Shown here: piece by piece, positions 48,578-60,961 of the stretch
Position numbering within the stretch: the stretch's first letter is position 1
How the letters are laid out: the number at the start of each line of letters is the position of its first letter
From: Scyliorhinus canicula
Taxonomy: Eukaryota
DNA: 64,000 nt
Direction: 5' to 3'
Assembly (NCBI RefSeq): GCF_902713615.1
Contig: NC_052161.1
Location: forward strand, 11,381,171 to 11,445,170
Notes under the pieces: generated by a model
The model's database searches: none
The model's input: only the letters and a program-made list of their open reading frames with translations
Told to the model about the DNA's origin: nothing
Position numbers and translations under genes: made by a program

Positions 48578-48869
48578 TGAGCCTGTGAAACTTGCTACCA
48601 CAGGACGTAGTTGAAGCCAAAACACTCTGTTTTCAAGAAGCAGTTAGATATAGCACTTGGGACGAAGGGGATCAAAGGATATGAGAGGAAAGTGGGATTA
48701 GGCTATTAAGTTGGAGGCTCAGCCCTGATCAGAACGAATGGTGGAGCAGACTCAAAGGGCTGAATGGCCGCCTCCTGCTTCTATTTTCCAGGCTATGTTT
48801 CTATGTTATGTTTCTATTAGTGCCAGAGTGCCCTCTGCAGGTAGATTTCATCAGCCTGTGTGGTTTTGT

Positions 48870-48980
48870 CTGATTGGGATTGGCTGGGAAACAAATATGT
48901 TGAGTTTTAGATTATTTTGCATCATCTCCTTGTAGATGATAACACTGTGTCAAGGCTCCGATTCTCCAACTTATAAAAGG
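48870..48980 (+). promoter_or_regulatory. CYP17A1: CYP17A1 proximal promoter: inverted CCAAT-like boxes, GATA (TGATAA, 48937-48942), NR5A1/SF-1-like site (TCAAGGCTC, 48950-48958), TATA box (TATAAAA, 48972-48978)
   Basis: Motifs read directly, 64-170 nt upstream of the ATG. Confidence 0.65.
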
Positions 48981-49041
48981 GTTAGAGTCTGCCTTTGTTC
49001 CACTTTAGATTCCAGCGACTGGCTCCGGAACACCAGAGAAG

Positions 49042-49353
49042 ATGAGCCTTGTGCTGCCCGCACTGATCCTTACTGTGGCCTTTGTGATCTTCTCTGTGAC
49101 CAGCCTAATTCAGAGAAAGCTGAATGGAAGCAGATTTCCCAAAAGCTTGCCATCGTTCCCACTGATCGGAAGCCTGCTCAGCCTATGGAGTGATCTCCCA
49201 CCTCACCTGCTCTTCCAGAAACTCCAAAAAACATATGGGAATACCTTTTCCCTGATGATGGGTCCGCACTATGTGGTGGTGATCAACAGCTATCAACATG
49301 CCAAGGAAGTCCTCCTGAAAAAGGGAAAAATCTTTGGTGGCAGACCCAACATG
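49042..49353 (+). CDS. CYP17A1: Steroid 17-alpha-hydroxylase/17,20-lyase, exon 1
   Basis: N-terminal membrane anchor, [29 protein letters not shown]; donor ATG|GTgaga. Confidence 0.95.
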
Positions 49354-50194
49354 GTGAGATTGTGTTGTATGTGGACAGGTCACTTTGGCAATTGCATGGT
49401 CAGCTAACAAACTGTATCATACTCAGAACTTTTCATAGTTTATGCCCTCACAAATTATATTATGCTTGTGGAAATTTAGATCATTTTAAAACTTAATTTG
49501 TAGACATGCAACATTTTTCTTGCACCTTATTTAAAGAGTTTAAATTTTTTTGCTTAAAGCAGGAGCTGTATTCTGTTCCTCAGCAATCAGACTGTGGTAA
49601 GCCCTTGGTTGATTTTCTGTACTTTGGAAACAGGAAACTAATTCTCTCGGATTAACTGTGGAGATTTTATTACTGCCTCATTTTGATTCCCCAGCTCCAA
49701 TTCATCGCCACAATTTGTCCAACTTCTACTCTCCCTGAGTCTTCCCCTACTTCTAACTTTGTATCACGACTTGCCGAGGCTTTGCGCTTACTCTGCATAA
49801 TCCTAATAAACAGCTCATTTGGCTCAACCGGTCCATTAATGTCCCACGTGGGCCTCCTCCTGGCCCTTTGTCATCACCTCATTCTTATACCGTTTGATGT
49901 CCTGTGTTTACCAAGCTTCCTCTAAGGTGCACCCTTGAGCACTGACTCTTCACTTTGGCCTGTCTGTATAGAAACGTGCTTGAAGGAAAGTGCTTCATTC
50001 ACAGCACCTTTTCATGTATTTTAGTAACGCTAATGTTTGCTGGAGCACAGTGTGCTGGTGAAATTACGCAGCAGATACAGCTTGGAAGTAGGTCATTTAA
50101 CCTGGCTGAACTGTGCTATTCTTTATGTTGCTTACAAGCATCCTTGCACCTTAGTTCCCAGTGAATAATTTGCCGCCACATTGTTGAGTTCTCT

Positions 50195-50657
50195 TTTTTA
50201 AAATAAATTTAGAGTACCTAATTCATTTTTTCCAATTAAGGGGCAATTTAGCGTGACCAAAGGGCAGCATGGTGGCACAGTGGTTAGCACTGCCGCCTCA
50301 CGGCGCCGAGGTCCCCGATTCGATCCCGGCTCTGGGTCACTGTCCGTGTGGAGTTTGCATATTCTCCTTGTGTTTACGTGGGTTTCGCCCCCACAACCCA
50401 AAAGATATGCAGGTTAGGCGGATTGGCCACGCTAAATTGCCCCTTGATTGGAAGAAAAAACGAATTGGGTACTCTAAATGTATTTATTTATTTTTTAAAG
50501 TTAGCGTGGCCAATCAACCTACCCCGCACATCTTTGGGTTGTGGGGGCGAAACCCACGCAAACACGGGGAGAACGTGCAAACTCCACACGGACAGTGACG
50601 CAGAGCCAGGATCGAACCTGGGACCTCGGCAGCGTGAGGCAGCAGTGCTAACCACTG
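50195..50657. mobile_element. Poly(A)-family SINE (+, 50261-50500) inserted in an oppositely oriented copy of the same family
   Basis: TSD TTAGCGTGACCAA / TTAGCGTGGCCAA at 50248-50260 and 50501-50513. Confidence 0.85.
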
Positions 50658-51614
50658 ATTGTTGAGTTTTCATTTTTAATATAGTTGAGGCTTTCATATG
50701 CCCCCCCCCCCCCCCCCTTTGATAGTTTCTCACGTTGGTCTTACCTGGGCCAAGAGAAGCGGGAGTATGTTTAATTAAAAGACGCTCCTGTGCTGCTGTT
50801 AACACCAAGTCCTGTTCGATCTGGACGGAATATTAACAGCAAGGAATTCATGCATAAAACAGGGCACAATCTGGAACAAACCTTCCTAGGGGAATTTTAG
50901 AATTCCTGCCTTGCTGTAAACGTCAAACAATCCATCCTCCACATTTTGCTTCCTCGGTGTTGAAACCAAGATTTATCACCTTCAATAACTCAGTTTCTCC
51001 CAGCACTATGACAGTGCCAAAATCTTCATCTTAGATACAATTACAATACATGTACAGCCCAGAACCATTCACCTGAGGAAGGAGCAGTGCTCCGAAAGCT
51101 AGTGTTTGAAACAAATCTGTTGGACTTTAACCTGGTGTTGTAAGACTTCTTACTGAGCCCAGAAGCAGGCCACTTGGCCCAAACATTCAATGCTTGTACT
51201 CCAGACAAGCCTCTTGATTTAACCCTCTTAACAGGTCCTGCCATCCCCTCTCTCTCTCTTGTGCCTATCTATTCACTCGTGGTAGCAAGCTCCATATTAG
51301 AACATAGAACATAGAACAGTACAGCACAGAACAGGCCCTTCGGCCCTCGATGTTGTGCCGAGCATTAATGACGTTTTCTTTACTTCTCTCCTGGATTTAT
51401 TAGTGACCATATTTTAAATTTAAAACTTTGATGCTCTTTGGTCTTTCTTCTCTCTCCATACTTTTGAAATTTGAATTTTGTGTCACATCAGCATTTCACC
51501 TCAAACCACTCTGACTTCCCTCCAGCCTTGACCATTGACATAATTGGCTATTGTTACAGATTATACTGTACTCCTGAAGCTCTATCAGTAAATATCATTA
51601 ATTCAGTACCTACA

Positions 51615-51839
51615 GGGCAGCACGGTGGCCTAGTGGTTAGCACAATCGCCTCACGGCGCTGAGGTCCCAGGTTCGATCCCGGCTCTGGGTCACTGTCCGT
51701 GTGGAGTTTGCACGTTCTCCCCGTGTCTGCGTGGGTTTCGCCCCCACAACCCAAAAATGTGCAAAGTAGGTGGATTGGCCACGCTAAATTGCCCCTTAAT
51801 TGGAAAAAATAATTGGCTAATCTAAATTTAAAAAAAAAA
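51615..51839 (+). mobile_element. Poly(A)-tailed V-type SINE with 15-bp TSD
   Basis: TSD AATTCAGTACCTACA at 51600-51614 and 51840-51854. Confidence 0.9.
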
Positions 51840-52281
51840 AATTCAGTACCTACAACCCTGCTTCTGGACTCAACATTGCTGCAAATCGTGCAAATAGAAT
51901 TCGTGCAACACCAATCTTTCAAATGTTACATTAAGTCTCTGTATCCTTTTAGTGCATCTTGAAACAGATTTATGACGTACCTTCAGCAGGATGGCAGTAC
52001 ACAAAAAAGTGCTTTTATATTGCGGTTTTCACAACCTCAGAGTGGACCAAAGTACTTTAAAACCAAAGAAATACTTAAACAAAAATGTTGTCTCTTGTTT
52101 GAATGTCAGAAGCACGGCAGTCAATTTGTACACAGCAAGATCCCACAAATGGCAATGGAATCATGACCAGACAATGTTTTTCAATGTCAGATGTCTTTCA
52201 TACACTCGTTATCACTCTTTTCATTCTTCTTTGGGGTGTGGGCGTCGTTGACAAGTCCGGCATTTATCGCTCATCTGGACA

Positions 52282-52608
52282 AGGAGCTGTTTAGCACCCT
52301 GGGCTAAATCGCTGGCTTCGAAAGCAGATCAAGGCAGGCCAGCAGCACGGTTCGATTCCCGTAACAGCCTCCCCGAACAGGCGCCGGAATGTGGCGACTA
52401 GGGGCTTTTCACAGTAACTTCAGGGGCTGGTTTAGTTCACTGGGCTAAAATCACTGGCTTTTAAAGCAGACCAAGGCAGGCCAGCAGCACGGTTCGATTC
52501 CCGTACCAGCCTCCCCGGACAGGCGCCGGAATGTGGCGACTAGGGGCTTTTCACAGTAACTTCATTGAAGCCTACTCGTGACAATAAGCGATTTTCATTT
52601 TCATTTCA
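52282..52608 (+). mobile_element. Head-to-tail dimer of the short tRNA-derived SINE
   Basis: Units of about 140 and 185 bp, junction at 52422/52423; monomers at about 3550, 34725 and 54500. Confidence 0.8.
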
Positions 52609-53269
52609 TATGGTGATAGTGAGCTGCTTTCTTGAACCGCTGCAGTTCAAGATGATTAAAACTGCATCAATGACTTCTGAAGTTCAGCCTGTCTGGAGTA
52701 AGGGAGGGATGGACGTTGCAGTGGAAATGTAAATATATTCACAGTTTTAACTGTGAATTGCCCCCAAAGCTGCAATTGTACGTGATAACCACATCATGGG
52801 CAGAGTTCTCCCAAGCACCCACCAGCGGGTTAGATGGTGGGTATGGGGGGGAGAATATGGTGGGAGGGACAGAAATCAGGAATTTATAGTGGGATCTTCT
52901 GCTGGTCCTCCATACTTTGCTCCGCTTCATTCTGTGTATCAGAGGCTTGGATCATCATCTCCTGGCTTTTGCTCTTCCTATTTTTCCAGCTCCATGTCTG
53001 GTTTGAAGGTATTTCCTTGGGTAGTTGTTAGTTTAGGGTGAGGAGGATGGGGTGGTTTTGTTGTTTTAGTGTCCAATTTATGGGTTAAAAGGGGCTAAAT
53101 TGAAATTTCCAAGGGGAAGCCACCTTTTGTGCAACTGTCCAGCACATCGCCACCACCAGAGGTCAACACAACTCTTAACCTTTCATCTCATTATCTCCCT
53201 CATGCAGCGTACTCCTTTCTCCTCCTTGCAGATAACAAACTAGATTCTTTACTTCTGACAGCCCATCAC

Positions 53270-54015
53270 GACCCAGATTGATTCTGGGGAGGAAAGGATT
53301 GATCTATGAGGAGACGTTAAACAGTTTGGGCTCATACTCGCTGGATAAGAGGGGTACTGATCGAATTGTATAAAATACTAAAAGAGATTGATAAAGTAAA
53401 TGTAGACCAAACGCTCCCCCTTGTAGGGCAATCTAGAACCAGAGGTCACAGATATAGGCTGAGGGGCGGTAGATGTAGAACTGAGATGAGGAGGAACTAC
53501 TTCTCGCAGAGGGTGGCGAATCTGTGGAACTCGCTGCCCCATAGTGCGGTGGAATCTGAGTCATTATAATTATGATCTTTATTAGTGTCACAAGTAGGCT
53601 TACATTAACACTCCAATGAAGTTACTGTGAAAGTCCCCTAGTCGCCACATTCCGGCGCCTGCTCAGGTACACGGAGAGAGAATTCAGAATGTCCAATTCA
53701 CCTAACAAACGTGTCTTTCGGGACTTATGGGAGGAAACCGGAGCACCCGGAGGAAACCCACACAGGCACGGGGAGAAAGTGCATACTCCACACAGGCAGT
53801 TACCCAAGTTGGCAATCAAAGCACTCTGCTACCCTGCCGCCTAAAAATGGTTTCAATAAGGAGATAGATATATTTCTGATTTAATAAAGGTTTTAAAGGG
53901 ATATGGGGAACAGGTGGGGAGGTGGATTTGAGACCAGGACGAGATCAGCCAGGATCGGATTGAATGGCAGAGCAGGCTCGGAGGGCTGAATTGCCTACTT
54001 CAGCTCCTAATTACT
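53270..54015 (+). mobile_element. CR1 3' fragment interrupted by a SINE (53566-53842 -)
   Basis: TRGHRYRL, YFSQRVANLWNSLP; CR1 tail near 53990. Confidence 0.8.
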
Positions 54016-54115
54016 GTGTTCCAATGTAACCCTCACCTCCCCTGTGATCAATGTAACCCAATGTTTCAATGTTAAAGCACGGCATGTATGATGTCTTCTC
54101 TCTTTCTCGGTACAG

Positions 54116-54254
54116 GTGACTACAGACTTGCTCACCAGAGGTGGCAAGGATATTGCGTTTGGAAACTACTGTCCGGGCTGGAAGTTTCACAGGAAGCTCG
54201 TTCATTCCGCCATCTCTCTGTTTGGCGATGGATCAGCAACTCTCGAGAAAATGA
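54116..54254 (+). CDS. CYP17A1: CYP17A1 exon 2 (139 bp)
   Basis: tacAG|[46 protein letters not shown]|GTgagt; WxxxR motif. Confidence 0.95.
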
Positions 54255-55069
54255 GTGAGTACACTTCACAGTCCCCCCACTGACTATTCCTTATGACACC
54301 TCTGATGGCACATTGCGTTTAGTAGTGGCCGACTGAAGCATGCCCACAAACAGGGCCCAACGTTCAATCCTCACCCGGCACTGACTCACTGATCTCAGTG
54401 GCAGTGGTTTGAGGGATTTGATATTAGAGAGGAGAAGATTGGGCAGCGTTCCTGTTTCACTGTGTTACCCGCAGCTGGAAGTGAGTGCAGGTGAAGCAGG
54501 AGCTGCTTTAGTGGGCTAAACAGAATGCAGAACAAGGCCAGCTGCGTGGGTTCAATTCCCGTACCGGCCTCCCCGAACAGGCGCCGGAATGTGGCGGCTA
54601 GGGGCTTTTCACAGTAACTTCATTGAAGCCTACTTGTGACAATAAGCTATTGTTATTATTATGGTCCTTCTTACTGCCCAGGTTCAGCCATAGATAATGG
54701 ACAATCATCTAAATTACCAGAGAATGATTAACATCTGTAAAATATTTACTCTAAACAATCTACATCTTCAAGTGTTTGGAAGGGCAAAGTGGTTATTTAG
54801 AACAATCAGCCCCAGGCAGTGTGAAGTTAGTTCTGTAACCAGGAAAATGTTTATTTACGGAGCACCTTTAGTGGAGGGAAGAATAGTACGGCTCGATGGT
54901 GACTCTCTCCCCTCTGAGCTGGAAGGCCCTGCTCTAAGAACCACTCCAAGGAAAGATTGTTCACGTGACTCAGAGCAGGTTCCTTTCTAAACATCCACAC
55001 CATTCTCCAAAGGGAGCGAAACAGGTGTGACGATATTCACAAAAAAGAAGTGTAGAGAAAGATCCTAAA

Positions 55070-55390
55070 GCAGCACGGTAGCACGAGTGGATAGCATTGT
55101 GGCTTCACAGCGCCAGGGTCCCAGGTTCGATTCCCCACTGGGTCACTGTCTGTTCGCAGTTTGCACGTTCTCCCCGTGTCTGCGTGGGTTTCCTCCGAGC
55201 GCTCCAGTTTCCTCCCACAGTCCAAAGACGTGCAGGTTAGGTGGATTGGCCATGATAAATTGCCCTTAGTGATTAAAAAGGTTAAGGGGGTTATTGGGTT
55301 ACCAGGATAGGGTTGAAGTGAGGGCTTAAGTGGGTTGGTGCAGACTCGATGGGCCAAATGGCCTCCTTCTGCACTGTATGTTCGATGTTA
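55070..55390 (+). mobile_element. HE1/V-type SINE
   Basis: Full head, core and tail. Confidence 0.8.
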
Positions 55391-55672
55391 AAGGGGCTTC
55401 ACAAATGTGCAACCTGAGATAAAGGAATGTCGAACAGAGGAAGCGTAGAAGAGACAAACAGAAATGCGGAGGAATGCCCGCCTTGAAGAAGTTATGCACT
55501 CCTGCCCAACAGGATTTCTGTCGGTCTCTTCTATCTTGCTCACCACCATTGCTTTCAAAACAACTAGATGTGTATCTTTCTTCAGTTTTGATGACCTGCA
55601 ACATGAATTAATATACTGGCCGTCCTAGTTCTAATAGTTTTCTCCGCTTTGTTGTGTGCTGATGATGAACAG

Positions 55673-55902
55673 TTTGCCAAGGAGTTGCATCGGCTTGCTG
55701 TACGTTTGAACATTTTCTCGATTCACCGCTGGACATCATGCCTGAGGTGACTCGAGCCGTCACCAATGTAATCTGCTTGCTGTGTTTTAACTCGATGTAT
55801 GAAAAAGAAGACCCGGAGTTTGAGAAAATGCTGGAGTACAGCCAAGGCATCGTGAATACTGTGGGAAAGGATAGCTTAATAGACATCTTCCCCTGGCTCC
55901 AG
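55673..55902 (+). CDS. CYP17A1: CYP17A1 exon 3 (230 bp)
   Basis: aacAG|...AVTNVICLLCFNS...DSLIDIFPWLQ|GTac. Confidence 0.94.
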
Positions 55903-56091
55903 GTACTTCATTCTCAATCACTATTTCCATTTGTAATTTGAGCCTCTTAGACTCTGACGTAATCTCGGTTTGTGGATGGTGTTTAGCAATTCCCATCATG
56001 GGTGGTGTGCAAGTATCTCTGAATGCAAATCCTGAGCACATTAACCTCCAGTTGGAGACTCTGCAATAACTGTCTCTCTGTTACTTTATAG

Positions 56092-56178
56092 CTATTTCCC
56101 AATGAAGATCTCCATACTCTGAAACAATGCATTGCAGTTCGAGACAGCATTCTTCAGAAGAAATTTGAAGAGCACAAG
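56092..56178 (+). CDS. CYP17A1: CYP17A1 exon 4 (87 bp)
   Basis: tatAG|[29 protein letters not shown]|GTac. Confidence 0.93.
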
Positions 56179-56429
56179 GTACTTTGATGTGAAATGCACA
56201 ATACCCTCAATTTCATTGATGTTATGGAAGAAATCGAATGGATATGTGATATTGCGTTCAATCAGATCAGTCAATAGTTGAAGAAATAGGAATATAGAAA
56301 CAGGAGTTGGCTCTTTCGAAGTTTTACCCTTCTATCTGACACAATTTCCATTTATCTCTTCTATCCTGTTCACCATCATTGCTTTCCAACTAACTACAGT
56401 TGACCTGAAACATTAACTTATCTTCGACT

Positions 56430-56720
56430 CATAGACTCCCTACAGTGTAGAAGGAGGCCATCTGGCCCATCAGGTATGCAAAGAACACCTCCTTTAGGCC
56501 CACTCCCTTGCCCAATCCCCCTAACCCCACCTAACCTACACAACCCTGAACACTAAGAAGCAATTTTAGCATGGCCAATCCACCTAACCTGAACATCTTT
56601 GGACTGTGGGAGGAAACCAGAGCAGACACGGGAAGAATGTGCAAACTCCACACAGTCACCCAAGGCCAGAATTGAACCCGGGTCCCTGGCGCCGTGAGAC
56701 AGCAGTGCTAACCACTCTGC
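56430..56720 (-). mobile_element. HE1/V-type SINE (diverged)
   Basis: Core and tail on the minus strand. Confidence 0.7.
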
Positions 56721-57168
56721 GGCTCCTAAATCTGGCAAGGCACATGGTAGGAAACACTTGAGCTGGTTCCACTGTTCAATGAGATTATAGCTGACCAGTA
56801 AACTATATGGTCACTTGTTTCCCCCATTTTCCCTGGATTAACAAAACTCGATCAATCTCAGCTTTAAAGTTAACAATTGATCTCGTGTCAATTTCCATTT
56901 CTGGAAGAGCGTTCCAAACTCCTACCAGTCTTTGAGTGTCGAGGTATTTTTTAGTTCCACCCTGAAAGATTTGGTTCTAATTCTAAAACTCTGCCCCTTA
57001 GTCCCCAACCTGCAGAAATAGTTTTTCTGTTCCTCTTAGTGTCTTCAAAACTTCAATCGAGTCATCCTTTAATCATTAAGTATAAAAGATTAACTATACA
57101 ATCCGATGTTTGTAAATCCCCGTGAGGAAGTGTTTTTCCTGGTATTTCTCCAATAGTGTGCAATCATT

Positions 57169-57796
57169 TTTTTTTAAATATAATTTTTATTGGAATTTTT
57201 TACAGAAAATATAAAACATAACGACAAACAATGAAATGCAACAAAATAACCCATAATAACTGTGACACCCCCAGACCGTATCGGCGCATGTATCACATCC
57301 CCCCACCCCCCAACCCTAATGAACAACAAAAGAACTTTAAAAATATTAAAATTAAATAAACAAACATAGTCATTGTCGGCCCCCCCCCCCTTTTCCCTCC
57401 CCGGGTTGCTGCTGCTACTGTCCCCGTACCCTATCGTTGAGCCAGAAAGTCGAGAAAAGGCTGCCACCGCCTAAAGAACCCTTGTACCGACCCTCTCAGG
57501 GCGAATTTGACCTTCTCTAGCTTAATGAAACCCGCCATGTCATTGATCCAGGTCTCCACGCTTGGGGGCCTCGCATCCTTCCATTGTAGCAAGATCCTTC
57601 GCCGGGCTACTAGGGACGCAAAGGCCAGCACACCGGCCTCTTTCGCCTCCTGCACTCCCGGCTCCACCCCAACCCCAAAAATCGCGAGTCCCCATCCTGG
57701 CTTGACCCTGGATCCCACCACCCTCGACACCGTCCTCGCCACCCCCTTCCAGAACTCCTCCAGTGCCGGGCATGCCCAGAACATATGGGCATGGTT
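57169..57796 (-). mobile_element. 5'-truncated L1-clade LINE, same subfamily as 14308
   Basis: Near-identical C-terminal peptide (HAHMFWACPALEEFWKG...WQPFLDFLAQR); 16-bp TSD ATAGTGTGCAATCATT at 57153-57168 and 57797-57812. Confidence 0.92.
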
Positions 57797-59255
57797 ATAG
57801 TGTGCAATCATTACCAACGGCATCAAAGATGGCTTCAGGATATTTGATTGCAAGGGTAATCGGAAATCGGCAAAAGCCGATCTCGGGCGGGTAAAGTGGC
57901 GGTGAAGCGACCAACAGCAATGGCTATCCCTCACTGTATCACTGGCGGGGTGTCCTCTGATTTATCCGCCTAGCCAGCAATTTAGTCAGCCGTGGATCGG
58001 GGGCACCATTTCTAAAGGACACGCCACTGCAAAGAGAGAAAAGGAGTTCACCCTGGAACCCTCTGGCGTCTTTTTCAGTAATTCATTTACGGGATGTGGG
58101 TGTCGCTGGTTAGGCCAGCATTTATTACCCATCCTTATTTGCCCTTCAGAAGGTGGTGGCGAGCTACCTTCATGAACCGCTGCAGTCCTTCAGGTGTAGG
58201 TACACCCACAGTGCTGTTAGGCAGGGAGTTGCAGGATGTTGCCCCAGCGACAGTGAAGGAACGGTGATATATTTCCAAGTCAGGGCGGTGAGTGACATGG
58301 AGGGGAACCTCCAGGTGGTGGGGTTCCCAGGCAGCTGCTGCTCTTGTCCTTCTAGGTGGCTGTGTTGTCTAAGGAACCTTGGTTAGTTACTGCAGGTTTC
58401 CCCCATGGTACTGCCAGGGGGTAGTGCCAGGCCAGTGCTGGGGCTTGACCCTCCTGAGTGCTTCATTCAGCCGAGGTTCCCTGGGAGCGGTATTGGGAGA
58501 CCAGTGGTGATTCAGGCCATTCTGCCGTCACACCACCATGGATGGATTTTCTGATGGGGGAGGGGGGGATGGTTCAGGTGGAGGGGCCTAATAATTTTAT
58601 GTTAATATATTCAAGTGATGTTCCTGAAGTTGATAAATCGCAAAGTGAGAAACTTCTCCCCAGATAGGGATTGAACACAATAATTCTGCAGGCTTTATAT
58701 CGCACTTACCCAAAGGCTATACCCATTGGAAGGCTGAGAGAGCTCCCAATACTTTGGCTTCCTCCACTAAGTTCCTGTTCAAGGTTCAGGCGAGGCCATT
58801 TGCCACATCTAGTTCATCCCATCAATAGAAAGCGAAGATCCCTCTCCCAAGACAGCAGTGATCAGCCTCCTGAACGATTGCCGAATGTTTTCCTGATTGG
58901 ATGGCCATTCCAGGTATTAACCTAAATATGCACAAATTCTCCCTGATATCAATTCCAAAGTTTGCTTTGACCAGATAGGACCTATCGTATCTTGTATCTT
59001 GATTGTACCTTTATCTTCCTCCCTGGAGTCTTGGTCACCTTGAAACTGTTCTCATGATGAAACCTTTCTATTGAGTTTACCTATAAAGCTCTCCTCACTC
59101 ATTCAACTCCATCCCCATTTAAACTGACCATTCCAACTTTTTCCACATGATCAACCCTAGGGATCCACTTTCCGCCGTACAGCTCCTCTCAATATTTCTC
59201 TTGATGCCATGGTGACTGGAACGGAAAACTGCATGTAATAAATAAGATAATTAGT

Positions 59256-59577
59256 GGGCAGCACGGTAGCACAGTGGTTAGCACTGTGGCTTCACAGCGC
59301 CAGGGTCCCAGGTTCGATTCCCCGCTGGGTCACTGTCTGTGCGGAGTCTGCACCGTCTCCCCGTGTCTGCGTGGGTTTCCTCCGGGTGCTCCGGTTTCCT
59401 CCCACAATCCAAAGACGTGCAGGTTAGGTGGATTGGACATGCTAAATTGCCCTTAGTGTCCGAAAAGGTTAGGAGGGGTTATTGGGTTACAGAGATAGGG
59501 TGGAAGCGAGTGCTTAAAAGTGGGTCAGTGCAGACTCGATGGGCCAAATGGCTTCCTTCTGCACTGTATGTTCTATA
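59256..59577 (+). mobile_element. HE1/V-type SINE
   Basis: Full head, core and tail. Confidence 0.8.
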
Positions 59578-59699
59578 AGGTCTAACTACAATCTGTACTG
59601 ATTCAGCAGCTCAACAAGGCTTTTGTGAGCAGCCTGTTTTCTCATTGTAGTTGCTAATTATTTATTCGATCTCTTGTTCTGTTCCCTCCCACCTTCCAG

Positions 59700-59909
59700 G
59701 CAAATTATAGCAGCGACTCTGTAAATGATTTGCTTGACACCTTGTTAAAAGCCAAGATGAACGCAGAGAATAACAACAGTTCCGCATACGAGGAGAGACT
59801 CTCAGATGACCACTTGCTTATGACAGTGGCGGACATATTTGGGGCCGGGGTGGAGACGACTAGTACCACACTCGCATGGATGATAGTTTATCTGCTGCAC
59901 TATCCTGAG
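59700..59909 (+). CDS. CYP17A1: CYP17A1 exon 5 (210 bp; I-helix)
   Basis: ttccAG|ANYSSDSVNDLLDTLLKAKMNAENNN...TVADIFGAGVETT...LLHYPE|GTagg. Confidence 0.96.
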
Positions 59910-60961
59910 GTAGGAGAAACATTTAAAGAAAGACATACAACATGGATAACAGGAGTGTTGTACAGTATTTATCGCACAAACATTCAGCTGACGCCAATGT
60001 TAATGCTTCATGTGGGTTTCCGCCCAGTCTCTTATCAACATGTCAATTTATTCCTTTCTCCCCCCCATCTGTTTACCTAGCTGCCCCTTAAATGCATCAA
60101 TGTCATTCGTCTTAGCTACTCCTTGAGGTAGCGAGTTCCATATTCTTTTTATTTATTATTTTCCAATTAAGGGGCAATTTAGCATGGCCAATCCACCAAT
60201 ACCCTGCATCTTTTTCTTTTGGGGTTGTGGGAGTGAGACCCATGCAGGCACGGGGAGAACGGGCAAACTCCACACGGACAGTGACCCAGATCGAACGCGG
60301 GTCCTCGGTGCCGTGAGGTGGCAGTGCTGTAAAAGTGCAGGTTATCATCGGAGCTTGGACTCTCTGACTGAACAGAATCCCACCGCCTCCATCTATCTAC
60401 ATGAACTTAATTTGCCATTTTAATGCCCTTTCCTACCTGCATCCCCGCATTTAAAAATCTGGGCACCTTTTTATAATTCCGTAAGACCACGAGAGATAGG
60501 AACAGGAGGAGGCCATTCGGCCCCTCAAACCTCCTCCGCCATTCAACAGGATCATGGCTGACCTGCCATTCCTCACGTCCACTTTCCTGCCCTTTCCCCG
60601 TAACTCTGGATTCCCTTACTGATCAAGAATCGCAGCCTGAAATATACACAATGACTCTGCCCCCCCCCCCCCCCCCCCTCATAGTTCTCTGTCTCAAGGA
60701 ATTCCAAAGACCCTCAACACGCAGTGAGCTGGAGATTACGCTGTTTCATACCAATAAGAGATGTTTTTAACAAAAATGTGAAATATAGAAATAAACACCA
60801 AATAAAAACATTGAATAGATTCCAGGTAGATTATCCTACATTACAGTGCAGCCTGCACTTCAGAAGAATCTCATTGGCTGGAAAGCACTTCACCCCGTGA
60901 TAGGCCTATCTTTTTGGTAGGTCATTCAGCTGAATAGTCTGACGCTTTGTTTTCATTGCAG

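Larger units (their letters stand above)
45205..48817 (+). mobile_element. Degraded CR1 LINE (end of ORF1 to 3' tail) with a nested SINE and a nested younger CR1
   Basis: CLNVWSIRNK, SCLTNLLEFFE, GVPQGSVLGP, LVRPHLEYC; tail CTATGTTTCTATG at about 48793-48817. Confidence 0.85.

Noticed and set aside
57815-58665. Possible old Harbinger-type MITE remnants (also about 52797-52880)
   Set aside because: Too decayed to define TIRs or TSDs by eye.
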